Below are positions 30,253 through 40,728 of a stretch of 64,000 nucleotides of DNA, piece after piece. Source of the DNA: an archaeon (GTDB taxonomy: Archaea > Nanobdellota > Nanobdellia > Pacearchaeales > GW2011-AR1); the NCBI GenBank assembly GCA_018657525.1, contig JABHWZ010000003.1, positions 14,840 through 78,839 on the forward strand. Reading direction: 5' to 3'. Numbering within the stretch: position 1 is the stretch's first letter; each line of letters starts with the position of its first letter. Both the position numbers and the translations under genes were made by a program. The notes under the pieces were generated by a model that searched no databases, was not told the origin of the DNA, and worked only from the letters and a program-made list of their open reading frames with translations.

Positions 30253-32871
30253 TTAAAAATCTCCAAGAGTCATTTGTTTTTTGCCCTCGAGAATTTCTTT
30301 GATATTGACATCTAAAACTTGGAAAATATTTTCTACTGCCGGAAGAATTTGTTTGTTCAAATAATATTCAATTTCGTATTCTCCTTTTTCAGTTGGAAGT
30401 TTTACTTTATCTCGTACGAGTTTTACTTTTTTCCCTCCTGTCTCGGCGATGTAATATTCAATTAAATTCCCTTGAGAAACAGGGATTTCTTGTTCTTTCA
30501 TTTTTTTTGCTGCAATCACATGTGGGCCCTGAGCTTTGTATTCTGAGAGGGGTTTTTTCAGTTGGGTTTTAATCATTAATTCTTTTAATTTAATTTCTCT
30601 GTTTTTTATTTTTTTTACAATTTCTTTGATATAAATTAAGGCTTTTTTTTCGTTTCCGTCTTTTAAAACTAACTGGATAATTTTGTTTTGTGTTTTTCTT
30701 GCTAGTTTACACCAGTCTCTTCGAACTGTTTCAAAACCGCGGATTTTTATTTTGTCTTCTTTGTCGATTAAGGCGTATTTCTTTTTCGCACCTGTTGTTC
30801 CTGCGCGAGTTGTTACCCAAAGTCCTTTTTCAAAAAATCCTTCAAGTTCGAGTTCCATTATTCCTGGAAGTTTGGAGTTGATTTGTTTTAGAGTTTCTTT
30901 GACTTCTTTTTTGGTCTTTTCGTTGATTAAAAATGCGATTGAATCTGTGTCAGAGTAAATTGTTTTGTAGCCTTCTTTGTCAATTCCCTTGATTGTGTTT
31001 TTAATGAAGTCGCGACTGATTGCGGTTGCTGCTCCAGAGGCTTCAGGACAATAATATCTTGCGCCGAAAAATCCCATATAACCATAAGATGCGTTTGCTA
31101 AAAGTTTGAAAGCATTGCTTCGCGCTTTTTTTAAAACGTCTGGTTTTTCAAACAGTTCTTTTTTGTATTGTTTTCTTTTTTCAATTATTTCTTTTAATAG
31201 TTCTGGAAAGAAACCTGTTTTTTTTGTGAAGTAAACTTTTTTTCCCAGGACTTCAGCTTCGACGGAATCTTTTTCTTTTTTTTCTAGGAGGGTTGATTTT
31301 GATAAATTAAATGTTACTATTATGCTTGGCCAAAAACTTGTGAAATCAAACATTGCAATGTTTTCGTATAAATTTGGGATTGGTTCGAAGACAAATGCGC
31401 CTTCGTATTTTTCTCTTTCTCTTCTTTCTTGGATTTCTTTGTAGCCTGCTTTTCTTTCTGGAATTTCGTTGAAGCGTTTTAAATTATGTAGAATATAATC
31501 TTCAACATTTGAAGACATTCCTTTCCTTGAGACATCAAAGGGGGGTTCTTGAATTACTCTTGAGAATTCTAAAATGTCTGGCCAGAATTTATTGAATAAC
31601 TGGAATGTTAAGAGTGAATCGTGCAAATTGTATTCATAATATTTCTCCCATTCGTTTTCTTTTATTTTTGAAGAGTGTTTAAATTCAAAGTCTTTTTTTG
31701 TGTCGCCTAAAAATTCTTTTGAAACTTCATTTAGCGAGAGAGTTTCTGATTGCATGTACTGAGAGTATGCGGTTCTGATGAATTTTAATAAGTCAATATG
31801 GGGAATGCCTTTTATTTTGCATTTTAAATCTCTGCCTCCGCCGGTTCTTGAAAATCTTGGTTGTGAGTCGTCGAGTCCTAGGTTTAATTTAATGTTGAAT
31901 TTTTGAGCTCTTGCTTTTATGTAGGGTAAGTCAAAACCGTCTGAATAATATCCTACTAAAAAATCAGGGGAGATTTTTTTTACATATTCAATAAATTTTT
32001 CAATTAGTTCTGCTTCGTCCTCGACATATTCCACTTCATTTGATTTATGTTCTGATGGCTCCTGACCTCGCTCGGAATTTTTATTTTTACCTTCGGAATT
32101 TTTTCTCGCAAAATCACTCGTTTTCCATGTTATAACTTTTTTGAAATTGTCTGAAACTAAAGACACCATAAGAATTTCTCCTTCCCCGATTCCGATTTCA
32201 TCTGTTTCAATATCAAAGGCAAGGGTTTTTGGAGTAAAAGTTTTTTTGATATCCTTTTCTCTAATTTTTTTTATTGTGTTTACTTTTATGCACATATCAA
32301 CATCAAGTGCCATGTCAATGCCTCCGAATTCTTCTGAGTTGTTGAGTAATTCTCCTTCAATTTTATACCAGTTTAGTGGGACTAATTCTTTTTCTATAAT
32401 GTAATGGCTGATATATCCCAAGTCATAGCCTCTTCTTTTGTCAATTTCTGGGAAGTCGATGTGGCTTGCAATGTCGTGCATGTCTTTATAGTTTGTCGCG
32501 AATACTTTTAGGGCCTGGACTTTTTGCCCAAGGAAATTTTTTTCATGTAACTCTACTTTTTCAACTTTTGTTTTTCTGCCTTTTACATCTAATTGAATTT
32601 TAAGAATTTTTTTAGTTATTTTTTCAACACTGCTCAGTGTGCCTTTCTTTGCGGACCGATCGGCATACTCCAAAAAGTTTGAATTCTGGAGCAAGTGCTT
32701 GGGTGTTTTGATTTGAGAAATTTTTGGTTTTAGAATTGCCCAGAGATAAACTGGACATTCATCTATAATGCAAATTTGTTTGCCTGTTTCGTTTCTTCCG
32801 ATGATTCGCGCGTAGTTTCTTCCTTTAAAATCAAAGTAATCGTAGTCAATTGGGATGAATTTTGTTTCCAT
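30253..32871 (-). CDS. polB: family B DNA polymerase with two GC-rich in-frame insertions
   Basis: FDIET, FDLPY, DFTSFWPS, KLLANASYGY, YSDTDS, KKKY; PIP box QMTLGDF; start re-called to METKF. Confidence 0.95.
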   Translation of the reverse strand: METKFIPIDYDYFDFKGRNYARIIGRNETGKQICIIDECPVYLWAILKPKISQIKTPKHLLQNSNFLEYADRSAKKGTLSSVEKITKKILKIQLDVKGRKTKVEKVELHEKNFLGQKVQALKVFATNYKDMHDIASHIDFPEIDKRRGYDLGYISHYIIEKELVPLNWYKIEGELLNNSEEFGGIDMALDVDMCIKVNTIKKIREKDIKKTFTPKTLAFDIETDEIGIGEGEILMVSLVSDNFKKVITWKTSDFARKNSEGKNKNSERGQEPSEHKSNEVEYVEDEAELIEKFIEYVKKISPDFLVGYYSDGFDLPYIKARAQKFNIKLNLGLDDSQPRFSRTGGGRDLKCKIKGIPHIDLLKFIRTAYSQYMQSETLSLNEVSKEFLGDTKKDFEFKHSSKIKENEWEKYYEYNLHDSLLTFQLFNKFWPDILEFSRVIQEPPFDVSRKGMSSNVEDYILHNLKRFNEIPERKAGYKEIQERREREKYEGAFVFEPIPNLYENIAMFDFTSFWPSIIVTFNLSKSTLLEKKEKDSVEAEVLGKKVYFTKKTGFFPELLKEIIEKRKQYKKELFEKPDVLKKARSNAFKLLANASYGYMGFFGARYYCPEASGAATAISRDFIKNTIKGIDKEGYKTIYSDTDSIAFLINEKTKKEVKETLKQINSKLPGIMELELEGFFEKGLWVTTRAGTTGAKKKYALIDKEDKIKIRGFETVRRDWCKLARKTQNKIIQLVLKDGNEKKALIYIKEIVKKIKNREIKLKELMIKTQLKKPLSEYKAQGPHVIAAKKMKEQEIPVSQGNLIEYYIAETGGKKVKLVRDKVKLPTEKGEYEIEYYLNKQILPAVENIFQVLDVNIKEILEGKKQMTLGDF

Positions 32872-32967
32872 GTTTTGGTAAAAGACTGTAGATTTATATA
32901 TTTGATTGTATTTTTTGTTACCCCTCTTAAATGCTAAATACCAAAGATTTATATAGTCCTGGGCCCT

Positions 32968-33429
32968 ATGAGTAATATGGATACAACTGGTTATTCGGAA
33001 GGATTTCTCTCCAGTGAAGGAGGAGCACTTGTATCTGTTGGTGTCGCAAATCAACCAGATCCTGTTGATTATGATGCTTTGGAAGTAAAATATGGCCGAA
33101 CAAAGGATCAAGAACCTAGCGTTAAAGAATTGATTGATATTTCTGAAGAATCGTGTAGGGGAAGACAAGTACTTTTAGGAGATGAATTTGAGACTCTTGA
33201 AGATAATGCTGAGTTAAGGAAAGCTAGAAATTTATTGGGCAGATGTGATTTTGCTTGGGGTGTTTGGGGCGAAGATACTTGGAGGATATATGGTTTGCCA
33301 GTTCTTAGAGCGGTTGAAAAAGAGTATGGTCTTGCACCTATTAAATCTAGGAAAATTCCTCTTTCAAAGAAACTTTGGATGAGAAGAGATTTTTTAGCTA
33401 ATAAAATAACTGAACTGCAACATCAATAA
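32968..33429 (+). CDS. hypothetical protein
   Basis: 153-aa ORF; TATA box upstream. Confidence 0.55.
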   Translation: MSNMDTTGYSEGFLSSEGGALVSVGVANQPDPVDYDALEVKYGRTKDQEPSVKELIDISEESCRGRQVLLGDEFETLEDNAELRKARNLLGRCDFAWGVWGEDTWRIYGLPVLRAVEKEYGLAPIKSRKIPLSKKLWMRRDFLANKITELQHQ

Positions 33430-33467
33430 ATATTTATATTCTGTTTTTCTTAGTTTTATTAATAGAA

Positions 33468-33565
33468 TAAATTTAATCAGCCCAATTCGCTCTCGCTCAT
33501 TTTCCCAACCGCGAGTCCTATTTGCTGAAATTTCATAGAAATTTCAGTTATGAATAAATTTATTA
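33468..33565. repeat. family D element, upstream of fen
   Basis: 33475-33512 identical to 34652-34689; enclosed by terminal inverted repeat. Confidence 0.8.
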
Positions 33566-33602
33566 AAAAGTAAAAGGAATAAAATTTAAAAATAAAAATA
33601 AA

Positions 33603-34640
33603 ATGGGATTAAATATTCGAGATATTATACCGAAAAAAGAATTGCAACTTGAGAGTTTGAATGGGAAGACTCTTTGTGTTGATGCGTTTAATACTTTATA
33701 TCAGTTTTTGTCAAGTGTGCGGCAGATGGATGGGACGCCTTTGATGGATTCTAAAAAACAGATTACTTCTCATCTTTCTGGGATTCTTTATCGTAATGCG
33801 GCTTTGTTAGAGCAAGGAATTAAATTAGTTTATGTTTTTGATGGGAAGGCCCCAGATTTAAAAGCGAAGACTCACAAAAAGAGAAAGGAAGCTAAAGAAC
33901 TGGCTGCTGAAAAATATGAAGAGGCAAAGCAAGAAGAGGACATTATGAGAATGAAAAGATATTCTAGCCAATTAGTTCGTTTAGATGATGAGATGATTAA
34001 AGAGAGTAAAGAATTATTGATTGCTATGGGAGTGGCAATTGTGCAGGCACCGTCAGAGGGAGAAGCAGAGGCAGCTTATTTGGCAAAGAAAAAAGAAGTT
34101 TATGCTGCAGCGAGTCAAGATTATGATAGTTTGCTTTTTGGAACTCCTCGTTTAATTCAGAATTTGACTTTGGCAAGAAAGAGAAAAACTATTTCAGGTT
34201 ATCGAGAAGTAAATCCTGAATTAATTGATTTGCAAGAAGTTTTGGATAGATTGGAAATTGATTTAGATCAATTAATTTGTTTGGGAATTTTGGTTGGCAC
34301 AGATTATAATCCGAAGGGGATTCCAGGGATTGGACAAAAGAAGGCATTACAAATTGTTCAGAAATTTAAACAGCCGGTTTTAATTTTTAAGGAAATCAAT
34401 GAAAAAATTTCTTCTTTGCCAGAGGAAGATCAATTTGATTGGAAAGAAATTTTTGCATTGTTTCATAAACATCCTGTTAAGGATGTGGAATTTGATTTTG
34501 GGAAAATTGATGAAGATAAAATTCGTGAAATACTTGTGACAAGACACGAATTTTCTGAAGAGAGAGTTGAAAAACAGATTGAGAGATTAAGGAAAATTGA
34601 AGAGAAAGGAAAACAAAAAGGTTTGGATAAGTGGTTTTAA
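33603..34640 (+). CDS. fen: flap endonuclease 1
   Basis: VDAFNTLYQFL, EGEAEAA, SQDYD, GTDYN; PIP box QKGLDKWF. Confidence 0.97.
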   Translation: MGLNIRDIIPKKELQLESLNGKTLCVDAFNTLYQFLSSVRQMDGTPLMDSKKQITSHLSGILYRNAALLEQGIKLVYVFDGKAPDLKAKTHKKRKEAKELAAEKYEEAKQEEDIMRMKRYSSQLVRLDDEMIKESKELLIAMGVAIVQAPSEGEAEAAYLAKKKEVYAAASQDYDSLLFGTPRLIQNLTLARKRKTISGYREVNPELIDLQEVLDRLEIDLDQLICLGILVGTDYNPKGIPGIGQKKALQIVQKFKQPVLIFKEINEKISSLPEEDQFDWKEIFALFHKHPVKDVEFDFGKIDEDKIREILVTRHEFSEERVEKQIERLRKIEEKGKQKGLDKWF

Positions 34641-34645
34641 GAAAC

Positions 34646-34738
34646 AAATTCAATCAGCCCAATTCGCTCTCGCTCATTTTCCCAACCGCAAACCCTAATT
34701 GTAAAATTTCTTTTAGAAATTTTATTATGATTGAATTT
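34646..34738. repeat. family D element, downstream of fen
   Basis: AAATTCAATCA...TGATTGAATTT closing stem; internal hairpin. Confidence 0.8.
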
Positions 34739-34791
34739 AGAAATTAAATATGGAATAAAAAATAATTGAAATATATTTTACAAAATAAAGT

Positions 34792-35169
34792 TTATTTTTT
34801 ATGTTTATATTCTTGATAAACTATAATTCCTAGAATTACTAATACTAAAATAAATAGAACTTGACCGAATTCGAATTTGTCAAACCAATCCCAGATGTTC
34901 CAGCTGAAATTGAAACTCGGGCTTTTCATTGAACCTATTCCGTAAGTTATTAATATTGCTAGGGAGAGTGCAATTATGTTTCCTATTTTTTTGTTTTCGT
35001 CTTTGAAGAATTTTGTTAACGCGAAACTTAAAAGAGCGAAGGCAATAACGAAAGTTGTGATAAGAATTACCGAGGTGGAATCAACGCTGTCTATGAAGTC
35101 TCTTGCACCTTGTGCGCTTATTTGGCTTATTAAAAAAACACCAATTAAAAATAATCCTTTCTTTTCCAT
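34792..35169 (-). CDS. membrane protein
   Basis: Signal-like N-terminus ending ISAQ; 3 TMs. Confidence 0.7.
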   Translation of the reverse strand: MEKKGLFLIGVFLISQISAQGARDFIDSVDSTSVILITTFVIAFALLSFALTKFFKDENKKIGNIIALSLAILITYGIGSMKSPSFNFSWNIWDWFDKFEFGQVLFILVLVILGIIVYQEYKHKK

Positions 35170-35255
35170 ATTATCTTTTGGGAATTGCTTTTTATAAATT
35201 TTTGGATATTTTAAATTAGGATAATCTTTATAAAGTATTTTTGCATGAACATAAT

Positions 35256-36047
35256 ATGAAAAAGGGATTGAGTTTAGTGTTTGCGAGTTTGTTGGTGTTA
35301 ACTATTTTTAGTAGTGCTTTTATTTCTGCTCAAGAAGAAAAAGGATTTTGGGCAAGTTGGAAAACTGGAGAGATTAATAATGACCTTTTGAAATATATGC
35401 TTTTGATTATTGTCACACTTGTTGTTTTTATGTTTCTTGCAGTTATGAATTTTCCTTCGAAGGGGAGTGGAGTTATAAGATTATTACTTTCCGTCTTTGT
35501 AGGGTTTTTAGGAACTTGGTTAATTAAAGGTACAGAACTTTATGCTGTTTTGGTTTCTTATTCTGGTTTAGGATTTGCTATAACTGTATTTTTGCCAATT
35601 ATAATTTTGGTGTTTATTACTCTTGGAATGGGTAAGAAAGGGAATATGTTTGGAATTTATTCTTCTATAATTTTATGGGTGATTTACTCCTTATATGTAT
35701 TTTTTAAGGGAGCAGTGATTTTAATGAGTAAAGCTACCCCCACTTTTCTTGGAGACTTTTTTGGTCAGCCTTTTTGGTATGAAACTAGAGAGTTCTTTAT
35801 AAAAGCAGGACTTTCTGAGGAGAGTTTTAAAATTGTAGGGATAGAAAATATCGAGCCTATTTGGGGATATCTATTGATGATTTTAGGAATTGCAACTTTT
35901 GTGTTTGGGGTTTTATTAGTTGGGAAGTGGAGAAAATGGATGATGGAAAAATTAAGTGATTCTCAAATTGATATTTGGGCAGATACTGTGAAAAAAGCAA
36001 GCGCTAATCTTGGTGCAGCAGCTAATCTTGGTAGTGATGATAAATAA
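35256..36047 (+). CDS. multi-pass membrane protein
   Basis: MKKG signal ending ISAQ; about 5 TMs. Confidence 0.75.
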   Translation: MKKGLSLVFASLLVLTIFSSAFISAQEEKGFWASWKTGEINNDLLKYMLLIIVTLVVFMFLAVMNFPSKGSGVIRLLLSVFVGFLGTWLIKGTELYAVLVSYSGLGFAITVFLPIIILVFITLGMGKKGNMFGIYSSIILWVIYSLYVFFKGAVILMSKATPTFLGDFFGQPFWYETREFFIKAGLSEESFKIVGIENIEPIWGYLLMILGIATFVFGVLLVGKWRKWMMEKLSDSQIDIWADTVKKASANLGAAANLGSDDK

Positions 36048-36174
36048 TTTTGTTTGAGATAGTTAATTTTTGAAGAGAAATAATTTTGAGAAGTTTTAGA
36101 ATGGAGTTTTAAATAATAAGTAATTTTGGTTGGAGTTTCTATAATGTTAGATTCAGGATATTTTTATGAGAATT

Positions 36175-37083
36175 TTATTTTCCTAATTCTTCTGCTGCTT
36201 CACCAACTGCTCCGAGAGTTTTTAATCCTTTGATTCCTGTCTCTGCAGTTCTTTTTGCTTTAGCTCGGAAGCCAAATGCTTCAGAAATTATTTTGTCTAA
36301 TAGTTTAAAGATTAACGCTAAAATCAATGCGATTAGTATCGACGCTATGATTGATATTATTAAAGTATTTTTAAAGTTGGGTTCAAATTTGATAATTCCA
36401 AAAAGAATTGTAACTAGTTTGAAGAGCCATTCTTTGAAAAAATTACTGAGACTAATTATTAATTTATTGTCTTGTATTGTATAAAAAAATGCTCCTCCCA
36501 ATACCAGCCAAAGACCTGTGTTAATACTTCCTCCAAATTTAAGAATTTCTGCTACGGGTTTGATTACAGGGATTTTATCTGCAATTAGTTCTAGAAGATA
36601 GAATCTTATTAGTATTATTATCACAAGAGGGATTAGGAAATATTTTAATATGTTCCAGATAGTATTGAATTCATTTTGGATAAAGTTTCCTAATAAATTT
36701 CTTAGTTCTTTTTCTTTTTCTTCTAGAGTGTTTTCTTTGTCTAGTAATTGCTGTTGTATTTCTGGAAGGCTTTCATAGAGTTTTATTAAAGCATTATCAT
36801 ATAATGTAGTTCCTTCTGCATCTTTATTTACTTCTTCAAAGTTATCTAATTCCTCGTTAACGGTTCCTAATTCATTTGCTAATTTTTTTATTTCTTCTTT
36901 TAATTCTTTTACATCTTTTTCTAATCCTTTCTTTGCTGTTTCGTACGCAGATTGGCTCGTTGCTGAAGGGGATGTGGTTGGAGGGGCGGGGGCATTTTGA
37001 GCTTGAACTGTTTGAATTGAGAAAACACTTATTAAAAAAATTGATAGAATCATTAATGATAAAAATATTTTTCCCTCTTTCAT
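36175..37083 (-). CDS. coiled-coil membrane protein
   Basis: Start probably MKEGK; signal ending VQAQ; heptad region then TMs. Confidence 0.7.
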   Translation of the reverse strand: MKEGKIFLSLMILSIFLISVFSIQTVQAQNAPAPPTTSPSATSQSAYETAKKGLEKDVKELKEEIKKLANELGTVNEELDNFEEVNKDAEGTTLYDNALIKLYESLPEIQQQLLDKENTLEEKEKELRNLLGNFIQNEFNTIWNILKYFLIPLVIIILIRFYLLELIADKIPVIKPVAEILKFGGSINTGLWLVLGGAFFYTIQDNKLIISLSNFFKEWLFKLVTILFGIIKFEPNFKNTLIISIIASILIALILALIFKLLDKIISEAFGFRAKAKRTAETGIKGLKTLGAVGEAAEELGK

Positions 37084-37304
37084 GTTTGGAATATGAAAAG
37101 TTTCTTTAAATAGTTTATCATTTTTTGAATTGTGCAGAATGGTTTGGGTTTTGATTTTTTGGATTCCCACTATTAGTTGAGCTTTAGCTCAACGACCCAC
37201 CCTCGCCATCCCTCCCCCTTCGCCCCAAAAATTTGTAAAAAATCAAACCTTATATAGAGTTAAATTATAAGAAGATATTTAAATAACATTTTCTATTTTA
37301 GTTT

Positions 37305-38201
37305 ATGAAAAGAAGAGGTTTAGTTGGTGATAAGCGAGGAGTTTCTTGGGATTTTTTAAAGAGTATAAAATTTTGGGCAATAGCCATAGTTTTCCTTCTT
37401 TTATTATTTTTAATTATTCGGGTATTTGATTATTCTTTTAATTCTAAATCTTTCCCAGATAAGGATGATTCTGTTGTGGTTAAGTATTTTCTTGAACCTT
37501 TTAGTAAGGGATTAATTGGTCCAAAAGGGATTCCTTTAAGTGTTGGTCCCGGGAAATATGGCGAGTTGTCTTGGAAAGAAATGTTTATAGATGATTCTTC
37601 AACAAAGAAATATGATCCTCCAATATTTCTTTCATTTAAAAATAAAGAATGGAAAGAGATGGGGTATTTTGTAAGATATAAATTTTATTCTATGTTAAAT
37701 TTGTCTGAAACGGCGTCAGGCACGGGTAAAATGATTGCTCGTTGGTTTGTGAGATCTGTTGGTAAATTTATTAGATTTTTTTTAATTGGGTTACTTGCGT
37801 TTTGGCCTGTGTCTGTACTTTTGTCTTTGTTAGTTAAATGGAGGGTTCTTGGAGGAGAAGAGGGATTTTTTGATAATTTTAAAGAAGGGAGTAAGACTAA
37901 AAAATCTATGGTGTTGATTGTTGCTTTAATTTATGCTGTTTTGATGGTTGTGCCTGTACTTGCAACTTTTATTGATATTATAACTTTAGGTATTATTTGG
38001 AGTGTTTTACCTTGGCCATTAAATCAGATTACAAGAATTTTTTTCTTAGCCATTTTTTTATTTATTTGTGCTTTTATAATTGGATTTTTTCCTGCGTTGA
38101 GAAGGAAGAAAAAAGAAACTGCTGAATTAGAAGGTATGAGAAATATGGCTGCTGGTTTAGCAATGAATCGTGTTATTGGTAAAATGGTTCGGGGAGATTA
38201 G
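37305..38201 (+). CDS. membrane protein
   Basis: N-terminal DKRGVS plus TM; 3-4 C-terminal TMs. Confidence 0.7.
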   Translation: MKRRGLVGDKRGVSWDFLKSIKFWAIAIVFLLLLFLIIRVFDYSFNSKSFPDKDDSVVVKYFLEPFSKGLIGPKGIPLSVGPGKYGELSWKEMFIDDSSTKKYDPPIFLSFKNKEWKEMGYFVRYKFYSMLNLSETASGTGKMIARWFVRSVGKFIRFFLIGLLAFWPVSVLLSLLVKWRVLGGEEGFFDNFKEGSKTKKSMVLIVALIYAVLMVVPVLATFIDIITLGIIWSVLPWPLNQITRIFFLAIFLFICAFIIGFFPALRRKKKETAELEGMRNMAAGLAMNRVIGKMVRGD

Positions 38202-38210
38202 TAATTAAGT

Positions 38211-38876
38211 TTATTCTGGTTCAGGAGTGCTACCCATGTTAAAATTTGGATTTTGTCCATATTGTCCATTTATTGCTTGTTGATACATCATAGCTTCATA
38301 GAAGTCTTGCATCTTTGCTTTTCTTTCTGCTTTTTGTTGCATTTTTATTTGCTCCATTACTGCTTTGTAACCAGCTTCTATTTCTGGGGCTTTTTTTGCT
38401 CCTTCTTTAAAGAAGTATTTTCTTAAACCAGATAAATCTGTTTTTGTTCTAGTTTCTTCTTTTGCTTTTTGTATTTTTCTTTTTTCAAAAGTGTTATAGA
38501 GGTTTAACATTGTTTCATTTTCAGGTTGATCCTTAAAAAAGGTATCAAATTCTTTATTTTTATATTGCTCAAATACCTCTTCTGCTGTTGCATCTTCCCA
38601 TTGTCCAATTAGTTCCTTTTCTTTATCTGTTGCCACGTCTTCAATAGTATATTCTGCTATTTTTTCTTTAATTTTATCTCTTCTTTTTAGTGTGGGTTTT
38701 GATATTGAATATCCTGCTTGAGCCATTTCTGAACCTGCTTGAGTTAGTTGCCACCAGCATCTTCCAGCTTCGGAAATTGTGTCTAAAAATTGGGCTCCGA
38801 CTTCATAGATAGTTCCTAAAATTCCTGGTTTGTTTGAGGCATTTTCTACCAATTTTTGTGTTAATGTTTGTGTCAT
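38211..38876 (-). CDS. hypothetical helical protein
   Basis: 221-aa ORF; TATA box upstream. Confidence 0.6.
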   Translation of the reverse strand: MTQTLTQKLVENASNKPGILGTIYEVGAQFLDTISEAGRCWWQLTQAGSEMAQAGYSISKPTLKRRDKIKEKIAEYTIEDVATDKEKELIGQWEDATAEEVFEQYKNKEFDTFFKDQPENETMLNLYNTFEKRKIQKAKEETRTKTDLSGLRKYFFKEGAKKAPEIEAGYKAVMEQIKMQQKAERKAKMQDFYEAMMYQQAINGQYGQNPNFNMGSTPEPE

Positions 38877-38997
38877 TTTCTTACTTTTCTAAACACTTTA
38901 TTCTTTATAAACCTTTCTATTCTGTTACTACTTCAAAGTAAACTATTTGTTTTATTAATTGAGATAAGTTTAAAAGTTTATGATTTTTTATTAATCT

Positions 38998-39882
38998 ATG
39001 AGGGGGAAATTTATTTTTGGGGTGTTTTTTTTGTTCTTATTATTGGGGAATTTGGGTGCTCAAGTTGGTGGGGACGAGATAGTAAAGGGGGGGGAAGCTG
39101 TTGAAAAAGTTGAAGAGCTTTTTTCTGAACCAGATACTGCTCTGGATTATTTGAGGAGAGAGTGGACAAAGATTTTTGAAACAAAGCCGTATATTGGAAA
39201 AACACTTTCTGTTTTAGATTCTGTTTTTACTTGGGTGAGTCCTTTTTTTAAATATGTTTTAGGAATTTCTTATGCAATGAGTTTTGAGTTTTTTTTGACT
39301 TTACTTTTCTTTTTAGTTTTATCAATTTGGGGTTTTAGGATTTCTGCTTTTTTTATACCGTTTTCAATTAATTATGGGAGTTATTTAAGGTGGGCAGGAA
39401 CGTTTGGGATTATTTTAATTTTGAGGTTTACTCTTTTTCCGCATTTTATTTTGACTACTATTTTTAATCAGGTTTCTAAACTTGATGCTTGGTATAATCA
39501 GATTGTATTTGTGTTAGTCTTTTTTTCTATTTTAGCTGTTTTACATGCTTATTCTAAAAATTTGGAAAAAGCCTTTGAAAATTGGGGAACTGGGGTTAAG
39601 AGAAAGTTTTTTGACAATAAAACCCTAGAGGCAGAAGCGAAAGCAGAAGAAGCTAAGGAAGAAGTTAAAGCTATTGTTAGTGGTAAGATTCCTTTCAGAA
39701 AAGGAGCGGGAGCAGGAACTCCAATTATTCAATATGGAGATCCAATAACTGGAAAGAAATCCAAATCTGAATTATTTGAGAAAGCATGGGAAGATTCATT
39801 GGAAATTTCTAAGAAAATTAAAACGCCTAAGATTCCAAAAGTTCCAAAGTATGGTAAGAAGTTAAAAAAAGAAGGGCTTTAA
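38998..39882 (+). CDS. membrane protein
   Basis: Signal ending LGAQ; 3-4 TMs; basic tail. Confidence 0.7.
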   Translation: MRGKFIFGVFFLFLLLGNLGAQVGGDEIVKGGEAVEKVEELFSEPDTALDYLRREWTKIFETKPYIGKTLSVLDSVFTWVSPFFKYVLGISYAMSFEFFLTLLFFLVLSIWGFRISAFFIPFSINYGSYLRWAGTFGIILILRFTLFPHFILTTIFNQVSKLDAWYNQIVFVLVFFSILAVLHAYSKNLEKAFENWGTGVKRKFFDNKTLEAEAKAEEAKEEVKAIVSGKIPFRKGAGAGTPIIQYGDPITGKKSKSELFEKAWEDSLEISKKIKTPKIPKVPKYGKKLKKEGL

Positions 39883-39912
39883 TTTTTTTGAGATTTATTT
39901 TTTTAACACTGC

Positions 39913-40692
39913 TCAGTGTACCCCTTTTTGCGGTTTGCTTGGGCATATTTCTTCTTTTTTAGCTTTTTTTGCGTTAGCTTTTGCAATTTCAATTAGTTTG
40001 TAAAGTTTGTTTGCGTTTCTCACTTTAATAAAAAGGGTTATGAATAAAACAAAAAAAATAATTGCGGTTAAATTTGTTATAGGTTTTGTTATTCCCCCAA
40101 TTGCGTTGCCAGTTATATTTGGTGTTGCTAAAAAAACTGAGATTAAAAGAAAACTTAGGAGGGTTATTATTATTTGGGCGGTTCCATATGTGCCTGTTCC
40201 GTCATCTTCTAAATCAGTAACTGGTTCTTCATCCTCTGCGGTGGGTCTTTGTTTTCTTGCGACGAGGTACTTTGCTATAGCAGTTTGTTGAGCTTGATTT
40301 CTCTCTTCTTGTTCTGCATATTTTCTAGATCTATTTGGATTATAATTTCCTTTTCCTTCAATATAATCTTCTAAATTACCTATGCCTCCAAAAACTTCTT
40401 CAATATTTTGATTTAATCCATAGGCAGATAAAGTTTCTCTTGCAGCTATTTCGTTGAGTATCATTTGGCGGGTGATAGTTCTTCCGGATTCTTTGCTTAA
40501 GCTTTCTGCCGCGTTACCAAGTTGTTGATGGATTGCAGAACCTTTAGAAATTGTTTGATATTCATCGTATAACGTTGCGGCTTTTACTGCACCAGATGCA
40601 ATGCCTTTCCATAATCTTCCGTAAAGTTTAGCAAGTCCCTTTGTAATTGTAAATGGAGAAGTTACTAATTTTCTCACCAAACTTTTTGCCAT
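39913..40692 (-). CDS. hypothetical protein with TM-NITGNAI-TM tail; stop codon supplied by a family E element
   Basis: Two C-terminal TMs; 39905-39947 matches 32626-32667. Confidence 0.7.
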   Translation of the reverse strand: MAKSLVRKLVTSPFTITKGLAKLYGRLWKGIASGAVKAATLYDEYQTISKGSAIHQQLGNAAESLSKESGRTITRQMILNEIAARETLSAYGLNQNIEEVFGGIGNLEDYIEGKGNYNPNRSRKYAEQEERNQAQQTAIAKYLVARKQRPTAEDEEPVTDLEDDGTGTYGTAQIIITLLSFLLISVFLATPNITGNAIGGITKPITNLTAIIFFVLFITLFIKVRNANKLYKLIEIAKANAKKAKKEEICPSKPQKGVH

Positions 40693-40728
40693 ATAAAATT
40701 TAATCTTTTTTACTTTAAAATTCTTTCC

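Noticed and set aside
30253..32871. Inteins in PolB (also checked RFC-S, Cdc48, TopA)
   Set aside because: The insertions are only about 25-30 aa and lack C/S...HN splice motifs
32872..33168. N-terminal 99-aa extension of the PolB ORF; similar extensions at 28582, 18351, 9169, 26691 and 58392
   Set aside because: They overlap opposite-strand genes, promoters or repeat elements; starts were re-called downstream
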